Source: Anaerolineales bacterium (GTDB lineage: Bacteria > Chloroflexota > Anaerolineae > Anaerolineales > Villigracilaceae). Taken from it: a stretch of DNA of 64,000 bases. Positions within the stretch are counted from its first letter, which is position 1. Every line of letters begins with the position of its first letter. This document shows positions 54,630 to 63,402 of the stretch, in pieces. The notes under the pieces are model-generated. The model was not told the DNA's origin, made no database searches, and was given only the letters and a program-made list of their open reading frames with translations. Made by a program: the position numbers and the translations under genes. The DNA is taken from positions 1,331-65,330 of the forward strand of contig JBEKCT010000002.1 in assembly GCA_050014715.1 (NCBI GenBank). The letters run 5' to 3'.

Positions 54630-55493
54630 TTATTTCAGCACACCACGTATGAAGGCGAGAGCTTTCCTCGCCTCCTCATCAAGGTCCATGTTGGTGCTGA
54701 GATCGCGAAATAATTTGATATCTTCACCAACCTTTCCACCAGGCATCACAAACGGCTCCATAACCACATAGCGGTTGTAGTCTATCTTTCGCAGAGCTGC
54801 CCCAATCTCAGTCCACGGGATATGCCCATAACCAGGTGGCATACGGTTGTTTTCGCCAACGTGCAGGTGCCCCAATTTTCCACCTGCCCTTACGATGGCA
54901 TCATCAATAAAATCTTCTTCGATATTCATGTGGAATGTATCCAGCATGACTCTTGCGTTCAGGCTGCCCACCGCATCCACATACTCAAGCGCTTCCTCGC
55001 AGGTATTCAACAAAAACTGCTCGAAGCGGTTGACCACTTCCATGTTGAAGAACACCTGATTATCCTCAGCAGCCTTGATTGCTTCTTTCATGTTAGTGAC
55101 ACTGCGGTCAAAATAAGGCCGCCTGTCTGTCTCTCCAGCCGGTAATGTCGCAGGCCAACAAGAATACAGGATACCCCCTAATTGGCCGCCGCCCATCTTG
55201 CCAATAGCTGCAGCCATTTTCTTAAGATATGCGACACCTGCGGCGCTCACGGTCTTATCTTCAGACGCAATATTATATTTTGCTGGCAAGCCAATACAAT
55301 AGGAGAGAGTGATATTCTTCTCATCCGCGTGAGCCTTGAGGCTTTTTCGCTCTGCGCGGGTCATGTTGGCGATGGTACCACCGTTTACTTCAAGGATATC
55401 AAACCCGAGGTCAGCTATTTTATCCACGAAGGGATGAAAATCCGCATCCCATTCATGCGTCCAATATGCATAATAAATTCCAATCTTAATCAT
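54630..55493 (-). CDS. D-psicose (allulose)/D-tagatose 3-epimerase-family ketose epimerase
   Basis: 287 aa, collinear with characterised ketose 3-epimerases. Motifs seen are IGIYYAYWTHEW, GFDILEV, EVVNRFEQFLLNT, MLDTFHMNIEED, HLHVGENNR and VMEPFV. Confidence 0.88.
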   Translation of the reverse strand: MIKIGIYYAYWTHEWDADFHPFVDKIADLGFDILEVNGGTIANMTRAERKSLKAHADEKNITLSYCIGLPAKYNIASEDKTVSAAGVAYLKKMAAAIGKMGGGQLGGILYSCWPATLPAGETDRRPYFDRSVTNMKEAIKAAEDNQVFFNMEVVNRFEQFLLNTCEEALEYVDAVGSLNARVMLDTFHMNIEEDFIDDAIVRAGGKLGHLHVGENNRMPPGYGHIPWTEIGAALRKIDYNRYVVMEPFVMPGGKVGEDIKLFRDLSTNMDLDEEARKALAFIRGVLK

Positions 55494-55502
55494 AAAATTT
55501 AC

Positions 55503-56489
55503 CTATTTAGCGTTGAACAGGATTTCACGGAAGAAGCTCATCATCGCCATGCCGTCACCTTGTTTGATCAATGCATCCAGCTTCTCCACCCTTATTTTCT
55601 CAATGAAGTCATACATGGCTTGAATCCATTTCAGGCTTTCCAGCACTGTCTGAGAAGGGTCTGTGCGGTAGGGGAAGATATCGACAGAATGCCAACCTTG
55701 ATAGTTGGTACGCACCAGCCAATAAACAAATTCAACATATCCCAGGAAATGCACCGAGCCAAAAGCCATATCGCTATCTGAGTCAGCGTAATTATCGTTC
55801 ATATGAAGGTGGAACAGCTTCTTTTCACGCTGGGCTAAAGACACCACCGCCGCCAGATTCTCGTGCCCATACAGCGAATGCCCGATATCCAATGTAAGCC
55901 CGACATTCTCACGCCCAATGTCACGAGCTAACATCATCACTTTTGCAGGGGTATCGATGAAAGAAAAGGAACGCGGTTCAAACGGTTTAGGCTCAAGACC
56001 TAGCTGGATCTTTGGGTTATAATCCGCCAGCTCTTGCATTCCTTTGACCCACCAATCGTACATCTTCTGATAATCCACCTCGAAGTAATAATCCCAACCA
56101 TCCTGTCCTGGCCATTGACCGACATAGGGGCAATCTAGCTCCGCGGCCAGGTCAATCGCTTTCTTTACCAGGTCGATGGCTTTCAAGCGGATATGTGCAT
56201 CGGCTGCGCCCAGAGAGCCTTTATAGAATTCTTCGCTGTAAGTTATTGGTAGGATTGCAACAGTCTGTAAATTGTTGTCTTTCAGTACAGCCTTGACTTC
56301 CTTCTTGTTACCATCATTAACGCAAACCGGACCATCACCCATGTGCAGTTCTACACCCTGAGCGACGCCCTGTTTGCCACAGGTCTCGATCATTGCAATC
56401 GAATCTTTTTGAGTCCCACCGTAAGACGTGAAACGGTCATTCGGAGTGTTATAGTTCGATAGAATAACAGATAGTTTTGGCTTTGCCAT
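55503..56489 (-). CDS. xylose-isomerase-like TIM-barrel sugar isomerase/epimerase
   Basis: 328 aa from ATG 56489 (MAKPKL), which has GGAGGAG directly upstream; the ORF-track TTG at 56504 would translate the SD itself. It has LTLDIGHSL and HLHMNDN metal-site-like motifs. Confidence 0.8.
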   Translation of the reverse strand: MAKPKLSVILSNYNTPNDRFTSYGGTQKDSIAMIETCGKQGVAQGVELHMGDGPVCVNDGNKKEVKAVLKDNNLQTVAILPITYSEEFYKGSLGAADAHIRLKAIDLVKKAIDLAAELDCPYVGQWPGQDGWDYYFEVDYQKMYDWWVKGMQELADYNPKIQLGLEPKPFEPRSFSFIDTPAKVMMLARDIGRENVGLTLDIGHSLYGHENLAAVVSLAQREKKLFHLHMNDNYADSDSDMAFGSVHFLGYVEFVYWLVRTNYQGWHSVDIFPYRTDPSQTVLESLKWIQAMYDFIEKIRVEKLDALIKQGDGMAMMSFFREILFNAK

Positions 56490-56917
56490 TGTATACTCCT
56501 CCAAAAATTTAATATTGAAAATAGTGATTTTTCATCGCACCAGCATCCCTGGCACGAGTATCGGGCCTTTTTCCGTCTCCACTGAGATCGTTGGCCAATG
56601 GTCACTCAGTGAAACAATCTCGAAGCCTTCGGTGGTCAGGATCGAAAGCCCTTCCACCTTAGCCCCACGGATCGTCGTAAACCATGAATATGGTTGTAGC
56701 AATCGGATCATGTTGTCCGTTTGGTTCTGGCTCATATCAACAATCTCATAGCCAGTTGGTCCACCTTGAAAATGGTAGTTCTATCCATCTGGATAACCTA
56801 ATTCAGTATATCACCTCTTCTGAAGCTCGAGATTTTTGAGAATTTTAACCCTTCCCTTAATTTTTAGAAAATCCTCCTCTCAGTCGCTGCAGCTGCGTGA
56901 TCCGTAAAGCTCCAATT

Positions 56918-57271
56918 AGTGGTGACGGGATCGCTACTGCCCTGCAGCAGACTCAGACCAACCTGGCAGTGATCAACGAAAAACTTGCCCATTTGGAACC
57001 TGCCACCCAGGCTATCCAGAACACTTTGACCGGGGAACTAGCCAAGGTGCAGCAAGGATAAGCCGCCTTGAATTCGATCGTCCAGGCCATGCAGGACGAA
57101 CTCGACGGGAGATTCGCAAAGGCACTCACCATGCTCGCTAATTCGGGCTAAGATATGCGTGAGCAGCAGATCGGCAAGGCCTCGAGCAACCTGATCAGCC
57201 TGCAGATTCGCACATCATTAAGTACGCCGGCATTGAGTGGTCCGGAAGCGCTTGAAGAGACAAAGGTATAA
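56918..57271 (+). pseudogene. decayed coiled-coil ORF (copy A), two internal TAA stops
   Basis: The translation is SGDGIATALQQTQTNLAVINEKLAHLEPATQAIQNTLTGELAKVQQG*AALNSIVQAMQDELDGRFAKALTMLANSG*DMREQQIGKASSNLISLQI.. The stops are at 57059-57061 and 57149-57151. It is homologous to 62365-62547. Confidence 0.45.
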
Positions 57272-57622
57272 GCCTTCTCGTCTCTTTTGTTCTGCTCCTG
57301 CTTGGATGAGTAGGTCAAACAGCTGGAACATCCTGATAAGATACGAATTCTTGGGGGGTCTATTACAGAACTGTAGGGAATACAGCCGTTTCAAGATGAG
57401 ATTTCATCGGAGCAGATACTGCGCACGCCGACCGATTGAGTAAGAGCAGCCCCCTCCCCTACCGCGTGGAGATCTATGGGGATAGAGATTGGGTGTTCTT
57501 TTTGATAGGAAGTTCTATTTCTATTTGAGCAAGGATAAAAATAGGCTATGCGCATTATATCTCCCCCCTACCTATAAATCAGATGCGTCACTCATTTAGC
57601 CTGGCTAAGCCGCGGGAGGCGA

Positions 57623-58639
57623 TCAAAAACCCTCAAGCACGATCTTACCCTTTGTTTTGCCGCTCTCGATTAGTTCGTGTGCACGCTTCAAGTTGTCCGC
57701 ATTGATGCGTCCAAAATGTTCACCGAGGGTAGTGCGGATCACGCCGTCGTCAACGAGATCGGCCATTTCACAAAGCAGACGGTGTTGAGCGACCATATCA
57801 AGCGTAGCATACACCGGGCGCGTGAACATATATTCCCAATACAAGGAAATGCTCTTACGGCGGAGCAATCCAATGTCGCTCTGCCCCAGGTCATCGATCA
57901 GGGCAAATTTGCCCTGCGGTGCAAGCAACTCGACGATTTCAGGATAATGCAGCGGAGTTTGGGTCAGGCTGGCGACGTGGCTCAAATGCGAAATACCGAT
58001 GCGCCGTAACTCATCTGGAAGCGGCTGGCTGTGATCGATGACGTAATGCGCACCATGCGACAGTACCCAATCCGCGGTTTCTTTGCGAGAGGCCGTTCCG
58101 ATTACGGTCATATTTGTCAGCCTGCGAGCCAGCTGTGTGAGGATCGACCCCACACCGCCTGCCGCGCCGATGATCAGAAGAGATTCTTCGGTAGGATACT
58201 TACCCGGCATTACACCGAAACGCTCAAACAACAGCTCCCATGCCGTGATCGTTGTTAGCGGCATAGCTGCGGCTTCGGCGAATCCCAGCGAAATGGGTTT
58301 CTTACCGACGATGCGCTCGTCAACCAGCTGTACCTCTGAGTTGCTACCCGGCCTGTCGATGGAGCCTGCATACCAGACCGCATCCCCAGGCTTGAAAAGC
58401 TGTGCGTCCGGGCCAGTCTTCAGTACGATTCCTGCCGCGTCCCACCCCAATACTTTTACTCCCTCGCCGTCTCGGGGAGCGGAACGCTTACGGATTTTGG
58501 TGTCGACCGGGTTGACCGATATTGCTTTCACCTGCACGAGCAAGTCCCGCCCCAACGGTTCTGGATCGGGAAGTTCGACATCGATCAGTGAATCTGCTTC
58601 GGTTATTGGAAGTGACTGGCGATACCCGACAGCTTTCAT
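57623..58639 (-). CDS. zinc-binding alcohol dehydrogenase family protein (quinone-oxidoreductase/zeta-crystallin type)
   Basis: 338 aa. Motifs seen are MKAVGY...LLVQVKAISVNPVDTKIR and GAAGGVGS. It lacks the catalytic-Zn GHE motif, as QOR-type MDRs do. Confidence 0.88.
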   Translation of the reverse strand: MKAVGYRQSLPITEADSLIDVELPDPEPLGRDLLVQVKAISVNPVDTKIRKRSAPRDGEGVKVLGWDAAGIVLKTGPDAQLFKPGDAVWYAGSIDRPGSNSEVQLVDERIVGKKPISLGFAEAAAMPLTTITAWELLFERFGVMPGKYPTEESLLIIGAAGGVGSILTQLARRLTNMTVIGTASRKETADWVLSHGAHYVIDHSQPLPDELRRIGISHLSHVASLTQTPLHYPEIVELLAPQGKFALIDDLGQSDIGLLRRKSISLYWEYMFTRPVYATLDMVAQHRLLCEMADLVDDGVIRTTLGEHFGRINADNLKRAHELIESGKTKGKIVLEGF

Positions 58640-58797
58640 AGGTGCCCTTCCTAACTTTTCTAAATAAGTAATAATACAATTCTTGCAAATCCTGTTCCGA
58701 TTTTTCCCGGGTCATAACCACATAAAGACATTTTCACGCTTTTCTGTCCATTATATCTTATACTCTATTTCCGCAAATCGAAACCGGATCTCGCCAT

Positions 58798-58872
58798 CAA
58801 TTCTCAATATAGCAAAGCTGGGGAGATGCGAGAAGTAAAAAAGAGAAAGCCGGTTCTGTTGAAAAGCAGTTG
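58798..58872. repeat. ~75-nt dispersed repeat, copy 1 (partner at 62189-62266)
   Basis: CAATTCTCAATATAGCAAAGCTGGGGAGATGCGAGAAGTAAAAAAGAGAAAGCCGG.. aligns by eye with CAATTCTTAATATAGCAAAAAAATGGGGAGATGTGAGAAGCAGAAAAGATAAATCCGG.. in the same orientation. Confidence 0.6.
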
Positions 58873-59094
58873 AAGGACTCAGGTAACTATTACCGAGATT
58901 CCATGTCGAAATCATTTTGCCATCAATTTCGCCCAAATCGGGAGAAAACTTTGGCTGAGCCATCTTAAGTGTAGCATTGTTTTTGCCATTTCCCAATGAT
59001 TTTCGCAACTAATTGCTCAGAACCGAACATTTTGAAACGTTTTCATCGTCCCGATTAAATAGAAATAACAGTTTGGGGTATTTAAGAACGATCA

Positions 59095-60447
59095 TTATGT
59101 CAGGCATTTTTCATACCCATCTTGATATGGGTATTTTGCCGGGAGCTTCATGACAATATATCTTACCGATCTGATAATTATCCCGGCAAGAGAAACATAT
59201 TTCAAACAGAATGTCTTGATTTGCTTCCTGAATTCTGAAATGCCCATAAGATCGAATTTGAACAGCAAAAACAGATTGAATGAAAGCATCATCATTTGAA
59301 ACACAGCCTCATTGGCCCAAAACGATTTCAATAATAGATGCCCTACTGCCATATCATACTTGGCTTCTTAGATGTAATTCTCAGCATTGTCACGCTTTTC
59401 GTAAGAAATAACCACTTTTTCTGAAGGGAGTTCAGTATTGGTTACAAAGAAAAAGTAATCGTATTCGTCGCCGTCTATGAGAGATAATTGCACCCTTTCT
59501 TTTTCTGGTTTCCCTGGCCTAGTCTGCCAGGACAGCCAATACCCGAGAGACTACAAATCTTCTGTCTTTGTCCCATGTGTTTTGTTTCGTAAAAAGTTCA
59601 GCCGTTTCCCTGCCCTCTTCACCTGTCACGAATAAAACCGATGAATCCATTACTTGAGATATAAGGGTTGGATATTCTTTGGCCTTGATCAATTACTTGC
59701 AACCCAGAGATTCGATCGTTTCAATAATTTCTTTATCAAAATAGCCGCTGTCCATTCGGAACATGATTTCCAACTCATCGGTTTTGATATTGGCAACGAT
59801 CTCTTTGATCATTTCAGCTGCGCCATTGGCCGTATAGGTGTTGCCGCTTCTCACAAAGCCAGTGATGTATGCCTTTAGTTCTTCACAGAAGGCAAACTGG
59901 ATGTTGTAACAAAGATTGCCAAGCTTTTTGGGATTATATCCCCTGGCAGTTCCTTCCTGATGACCTTCCACGTTGACTACACTGCTGTCAATGTCGATAG
60001 TGAAAGTACCACGAAGTGGCATGGATCTTAGTTTGCTTCGATCAAGCAGCTTTTTAAAGACTTTGAAAATAATATCTCTGAGCATTTGAGTTGTTTTATA
60101 GCTGAAGTTTCCCAAAAATCTGGATACCGTTTCTGGTTCTTTCACCGAAATACCAAACTCGTTGACCAGTGCATCCTCTTGCAGCAGTTTGAGCCGTTCC
60201 AGTTTATCAATTCCAATAAAGTGGCCGCAGAGCAGCGTTTTGACATGGTTCATCTTGATCGTGTTTGTTGATTCATTATCAAACACAAGGTCTTTGTCAA
60301 TGAGTTCAAAGATACGATTGCCTTTGCATTTTCAAACAATAGAAATAAATCTGCTTTGGACGTCAGATTCCTGGCTGTAAAATCAATATTATTGATCACA
60401 ATTCGTACTTCTTCGTGCTTGTTTTTTTCTCCTTCAAATTTTAACAT
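59095..60447 (-). mobile_element. IS1380-family transposase pseudogene (multiple lesions)
   Basis: The fragments are collinear: MLKFEGE..DFTARNLTSKADLFLL, then ..IDIDSSVVNVEGHQEGTARGYNPKKLGNLCYNIQFAF..RSGNTYTANGA, and ..FFFVTNTELP..YEKRDNAENYI*EAKYD... In-frame stops lie at 59690-59692 and 59368-59370. Frameshifts lie near 60270 and 59520. The segment is strongly AT-rich. Confidence 0.75.
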
Positions 60448-60756
60448 GCAGGTTTTTCTTTCCCTTAATGGGTGAAAGTCAAACTTGACACAACTCCTGT
60501 GTTTTCAGACTGGAAAGGCAGGCTGACAATATTTTTAGGGAAAAGTGGGGGTAATGGTCTTGTTTTGGGTTCATATCTAGCACAATTTACCATTTTCTGG
60601 GCCCTTTTACCACCTGAGTAGGAGAATAAATTATGGTATATTTAACCGGGCTAAAAATGTTGTTATCTATGATTTTGCAACGTAGAATCCGGGTACTAGA
60701 CCATGCGGGACGGTGTAATTAATCAAACAGGCAGATAGCTCAACCTTGGAAATCTC

Positions 60757-60790
60757 AAAACAGGGATGTGCGGAAATGCATCTCTGTTTT
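60757..60790 (-). terminator. rho-independent-type terminator of the glycerate kinase gene
   Basis: AAAACAGGGATG (60757-60768) pairs with CATCTCTGTTTT (60779-60790), with one G-U pair. It lies 4 nt downstream of the minus-strand stop (60795-60797). The A/T tracts flank the stem. Confidence 0.55.
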
Positions 60791-60794
60791 ATTT

Positions 60795-62141
60795 TCAGAA
60801 AATGAACATGAACACCAGATCATTCACATTTGTGCCGGTTGGGCCGGGCTTGAGCAGGTCATCCAGAGCAGCAAAAAAGGAGTAGGAATCATTCCGGGAA
60901 AGAAAATCGTCCGGACTCAGAGCCAGCGCGACGGCGCGGTGAAATGTTTCGCCGGTGACGACCGCCCCAGCCGCGTCGGTGAGGCCATCCTCGCCATCCG
61001 TGGCCAGCGTGACCAGCATCACGCCGGGAAAGTCCGCTAATTTGGCCACGGCAGCCAGGGCCAGTTCGGTATTGCGCCCGCCTTTCCCCTTTCCCTGCAG
61101 GGTAACTGTCGTCTCACCGCCTGCCACAATACAGGCCGGGCGCGGGGCCGGCTTGCCGTTCTTTTTGGCCTGACGTAGGAAGGTACCAAGTTCAAAGGCA
61201 GCCTGGCGCGCTTCGCCCTGCAGGTTGGTGCGCAAAAGAAATGGATGGAATCCCTCCGTCCTGGCCTGTGCCAGCGCAGCCTCGGCAGCCAGCAGGCCGC
61301 TCCCCACAACTACATTCTGAACCTTCTTGAAGATGGAATCGCCCGGCTTGGGAGTTTCCCGGGCCTGTTCCAAAGCGGCCAAAATGGAGGCGGGGACTTT
61401 ACTGCGCAATCCATATTTTTCCACCAATGCCAGTGCATCGGCGCGCGTGGCCTGGTCGGGGGCAGTCGGGCCGGAGGCGATCGCTTCGAGAGGGTTCCCA
61501 ACCACATCCGAGAGGATCAGGCTGACAATGGTAGCCCCATTCGATAAACGTGCCAACCCGCCACCTTTTATCCGCTCCAGGCGGCGGCGCAGGAGATTGA
61601 TTTCGTCTATGCGCGCCCCACATGCCAGCAAAACAGCTGTAAGGGCCTGCATATCCTCCAGAGAAACGCCCTCCAGTGGGGCAGTAAGCAGGGCAGAGCC
61701 GCCGCCGGAGATCAAGCAAAAGAGCAGGTCGTTCGGGCCGTGCGTGGAGATGAATTCAAGCGTTTTTTGACCCGCTGCCAGGCTGCGCGCGTCCGGGACA
61801 GGGTGGCCGCCGGCGAGAATGGTAAATCGGGATGCGGGGATGGCAGGTGCATGTTTGGTAATGACCAGCCCGGCATCCAGGCGACCTGCCAGTATCTCGG
61901 CCAGGCGTGTGCTCATCGCGACCGAAGCTTTCCCAATTCCCAACATCTGCACGCTCCGGAAATCTGCCAGGTGATATTCACGCCCGGCAACGTTCAGAAT
62001 ATCGCCGGAGCGGCGGATAAAGCGTTCCACCGCCGCACCCGGTTCCACGGCATTTATGGAGGCGGCGAGGATGCGGGAAATCGATTCACCCTCCCGGGCC
62101 AGGCGCAGGCTGGCGGTACGGAAAGACTCGGCAGAAAACAT
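60795..62141 (-). CDS. glycerate 2-kinase (DUF4147 + MOFRL family; TtuD/GckA-type)
   Basis: 448 aa. Motifs seen are LGIGKASVAM, GGHPVPD, LISGGGSALL, CIVAGGETTV and LATDGEDG, typical of MOFRL glycerate kinases. Confidence 0.9.
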   Translation of the reverse strand: MFSAESFRTASLRLAREGESISRILAASINAVEPGAAVERFIRRSGDILNVAGREYHLADFRSVQMLGIGKASVAMSTRLAEILAGRLDAGLVITKHAPAIPASRFTILAGGHPVPDARSLAAGQKTLEFISTHGPNDLLFCLISGGGSALLTAPLEGVSLEDMQALTAVLLACGARIDEINLLRRRLERIKGGGLARLSNGATIVSLILSDVVGNPLEAIASGPTAPDQATRADALALVEKYGLRSKVPASILAALEQARETPKPGDSIFKKVQNVVVGSGLLAAEAALAQARTEGFHPFLLRTNLQGEARQAAFELGTFLRQAKKNGKPAPRPACIVAGGETTVTLQGKGKGGRNTELALAAVAKLADFPGVMLVTLATDGEDGLTDAAGAVVTGETFHRAVALALSPDDFLSRNDSYSFFAALDDLLKPGPTGTNVNDLVFMFIF

Positions 62142-62188
62142 GTTCCTATGATAGCATTAAAAAATATCCAAGCCCAGAGTTTTCGCAG

Positions 62189-62266
62189 CAATTCTTAATA
62201 TAGCAAAAAAATGGGGAGATGTGAGAAGCAGAAAAGATAAATCCGGAGTTGTTAGAATGCAGACTG
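62189..62266. repeat. ~78-nt dispersed repeat, copy 2 (partner at 58798-58872)
   Basis: See the 58798-58872 entry. Both copies lie just upstream (on the plus strand) of short ORF starts MRE../MRS.., and just upstream of a minus-strand gene start. Confidence 0.6.
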
Positions 62267-62364
62267 TGTGCATGCCCTATTCTAATTTCAATCCTTTCAA
62301 TCCCCCCAACCATAAAAAACCTGCGGTCGATTGGTCTGCAGAGGCTCGAAGCCCATCTACATGC

Positions 62365-62547
62365 CGTCCAGGCAGTATCCTTGGAATGCAGGATGAATTG
62401 GACGGTAGGTTTGCCAAGGCGCTAACCATGCTCTCAAACAGCCGGGATGATATGCGCGCCCTGATTGGGAAAGCGAATACCGGACTTACCTCTCTCCAGC
62501 TCGGAGTACCCCAGTCGGCCGCCCTACCAGATCAGGCCAATCAGTAA
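62365..62547 (+). pseudogene. decayed coiled-coil ORF (copy B), 3' portion of ORF 62221-62547
   Basis: ..SILGMQDELDGRFAKALTMLSNSRDDMRALIGKANTGLTSLQLGV.. is homologous to copy A at 57080-57230. Upstream, the coiled-coil-like reading LQRLEAHLHAVQAVSLE is in a different frame, so this copy is also frameshifted. Confidence 0.4.
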
Positions 62548-62562
62548 AAGGAGCCATTTTTT

Positions 62563-63402
62563 ATGAGTAATAATATCCAATTCCCCCATAAATCACCTTT
62601 CGAGGAAATCAAGCGCACCGACCCAGATACCGGGGGCGAGTTCTGGTCGTCCCGCGACTTTTACAAGGTGCTGGGATATACAAGTTATAAATACTTCGAA
62701 CCGGTCATCAAGAAAGCCAAGCTGGCCTACCTGAACAGTGGACATAAAATCGAAGATCATTTCATGGAGTTGCATGATATGATCAAAATCGGCAAAGGCG
62801 GACAGCGACAAGTTGAGACCGTTCTCATGTCGCGGTACGCCTGTTATCTGGCCATACAAAACGCCGACCCAAAAAAAGAAATCGTAGCCCAGGGGCAAAC
62901 CTACTTCGCGGTGCAGACCCGGATACAAGAAATCCAGGAAGCGGAACTTGAGGACGATCGGCGGTTTCATTTGCGGGACGAGATCCGCCACCATAACACC
63001 CAGCTGGCCGGTGCCGCCAGGAACGCCGGCGTGGTCGAACCGGTAGACTACGCAATATTCAAAAACCACGGCTATATGGGATTGTACTACGGCTTGAAAA
63101 CGGCCGACATCCACAAGCACAAAGGTCTCAAACCGAGCCAGAAGATCCTGGATCATATGGGCAGCGCTGAACTGGCCGTAAATTATTTTCGCGCAACCAA
63201 GGCAGAGGAGAAGCTCCGGCACGATGGTGTAAAGGGGAAAGCAGCCGCGAATGCCACCCATTTCACTGTGGGTCGGGAGGTACGAGAGACCATCAAAAAG
63301 CTCGGCGGTACGATGCCGGAGGATCTGCCGATTGCCGACAGTATCGAGAAGATTGATGCCAAACGCAAGAAACGGCTCTCTGGAGAAGAACATATTAGAT
63401 GA
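62563..63402 (+). CDS. dinD: DNA-damage-inducible protein D
   Basis: 279 aa, with AAGGAG SD. It is collinear with E. coli DinD. Motifs seen are PFEEIK, HFMELHDMIKIG, LSRYACYLAIQNADP, QTYFAVQTR, FKNHGYMGLY, ILDHMGSAELAVNYFRAT and GGTMPEDLP. Confidence 0.9.
   Translation: MSNNIQFPHKSPFEEIKRTDPDTGGEFWSSRDFYKVLGYTSYKYFEPVIKKAKLAYLNSGHKIEDHFMELHDMIKIGKGGQRQVETVLMSRYACYLAIQNADPKKEIVAQGQTYFAVQTRIQEIQEAELEDDRRFHLRDEIRHHNTQLAGAARNAGVVEPVDYAIFKNHGYMGLYYGLKTADIHKHKGLKPSQKILDHMGSAELAVNYFRATKAEEKLRHDGVKGKAAANATHFTVGREVRETIKKLGGTMPEDLPIADSIEKIDAKRKKRLSGEEHIR

Noticed and set aside
56532-56735. A 67-aa minus-strand ORF (..FQGGPTGYEIVDMSQNQTDNMIRLLQPYSWFTTIRGAKVEGLSILTTEGFEIV..) upstream of the TIM-barrel gene.
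   Set aside because: It looks like the C-terminal fragment of a truncated gene, since a stop lies immediately upstream of the homology-like stretch. I could not assign a family, so it is left unannotated.
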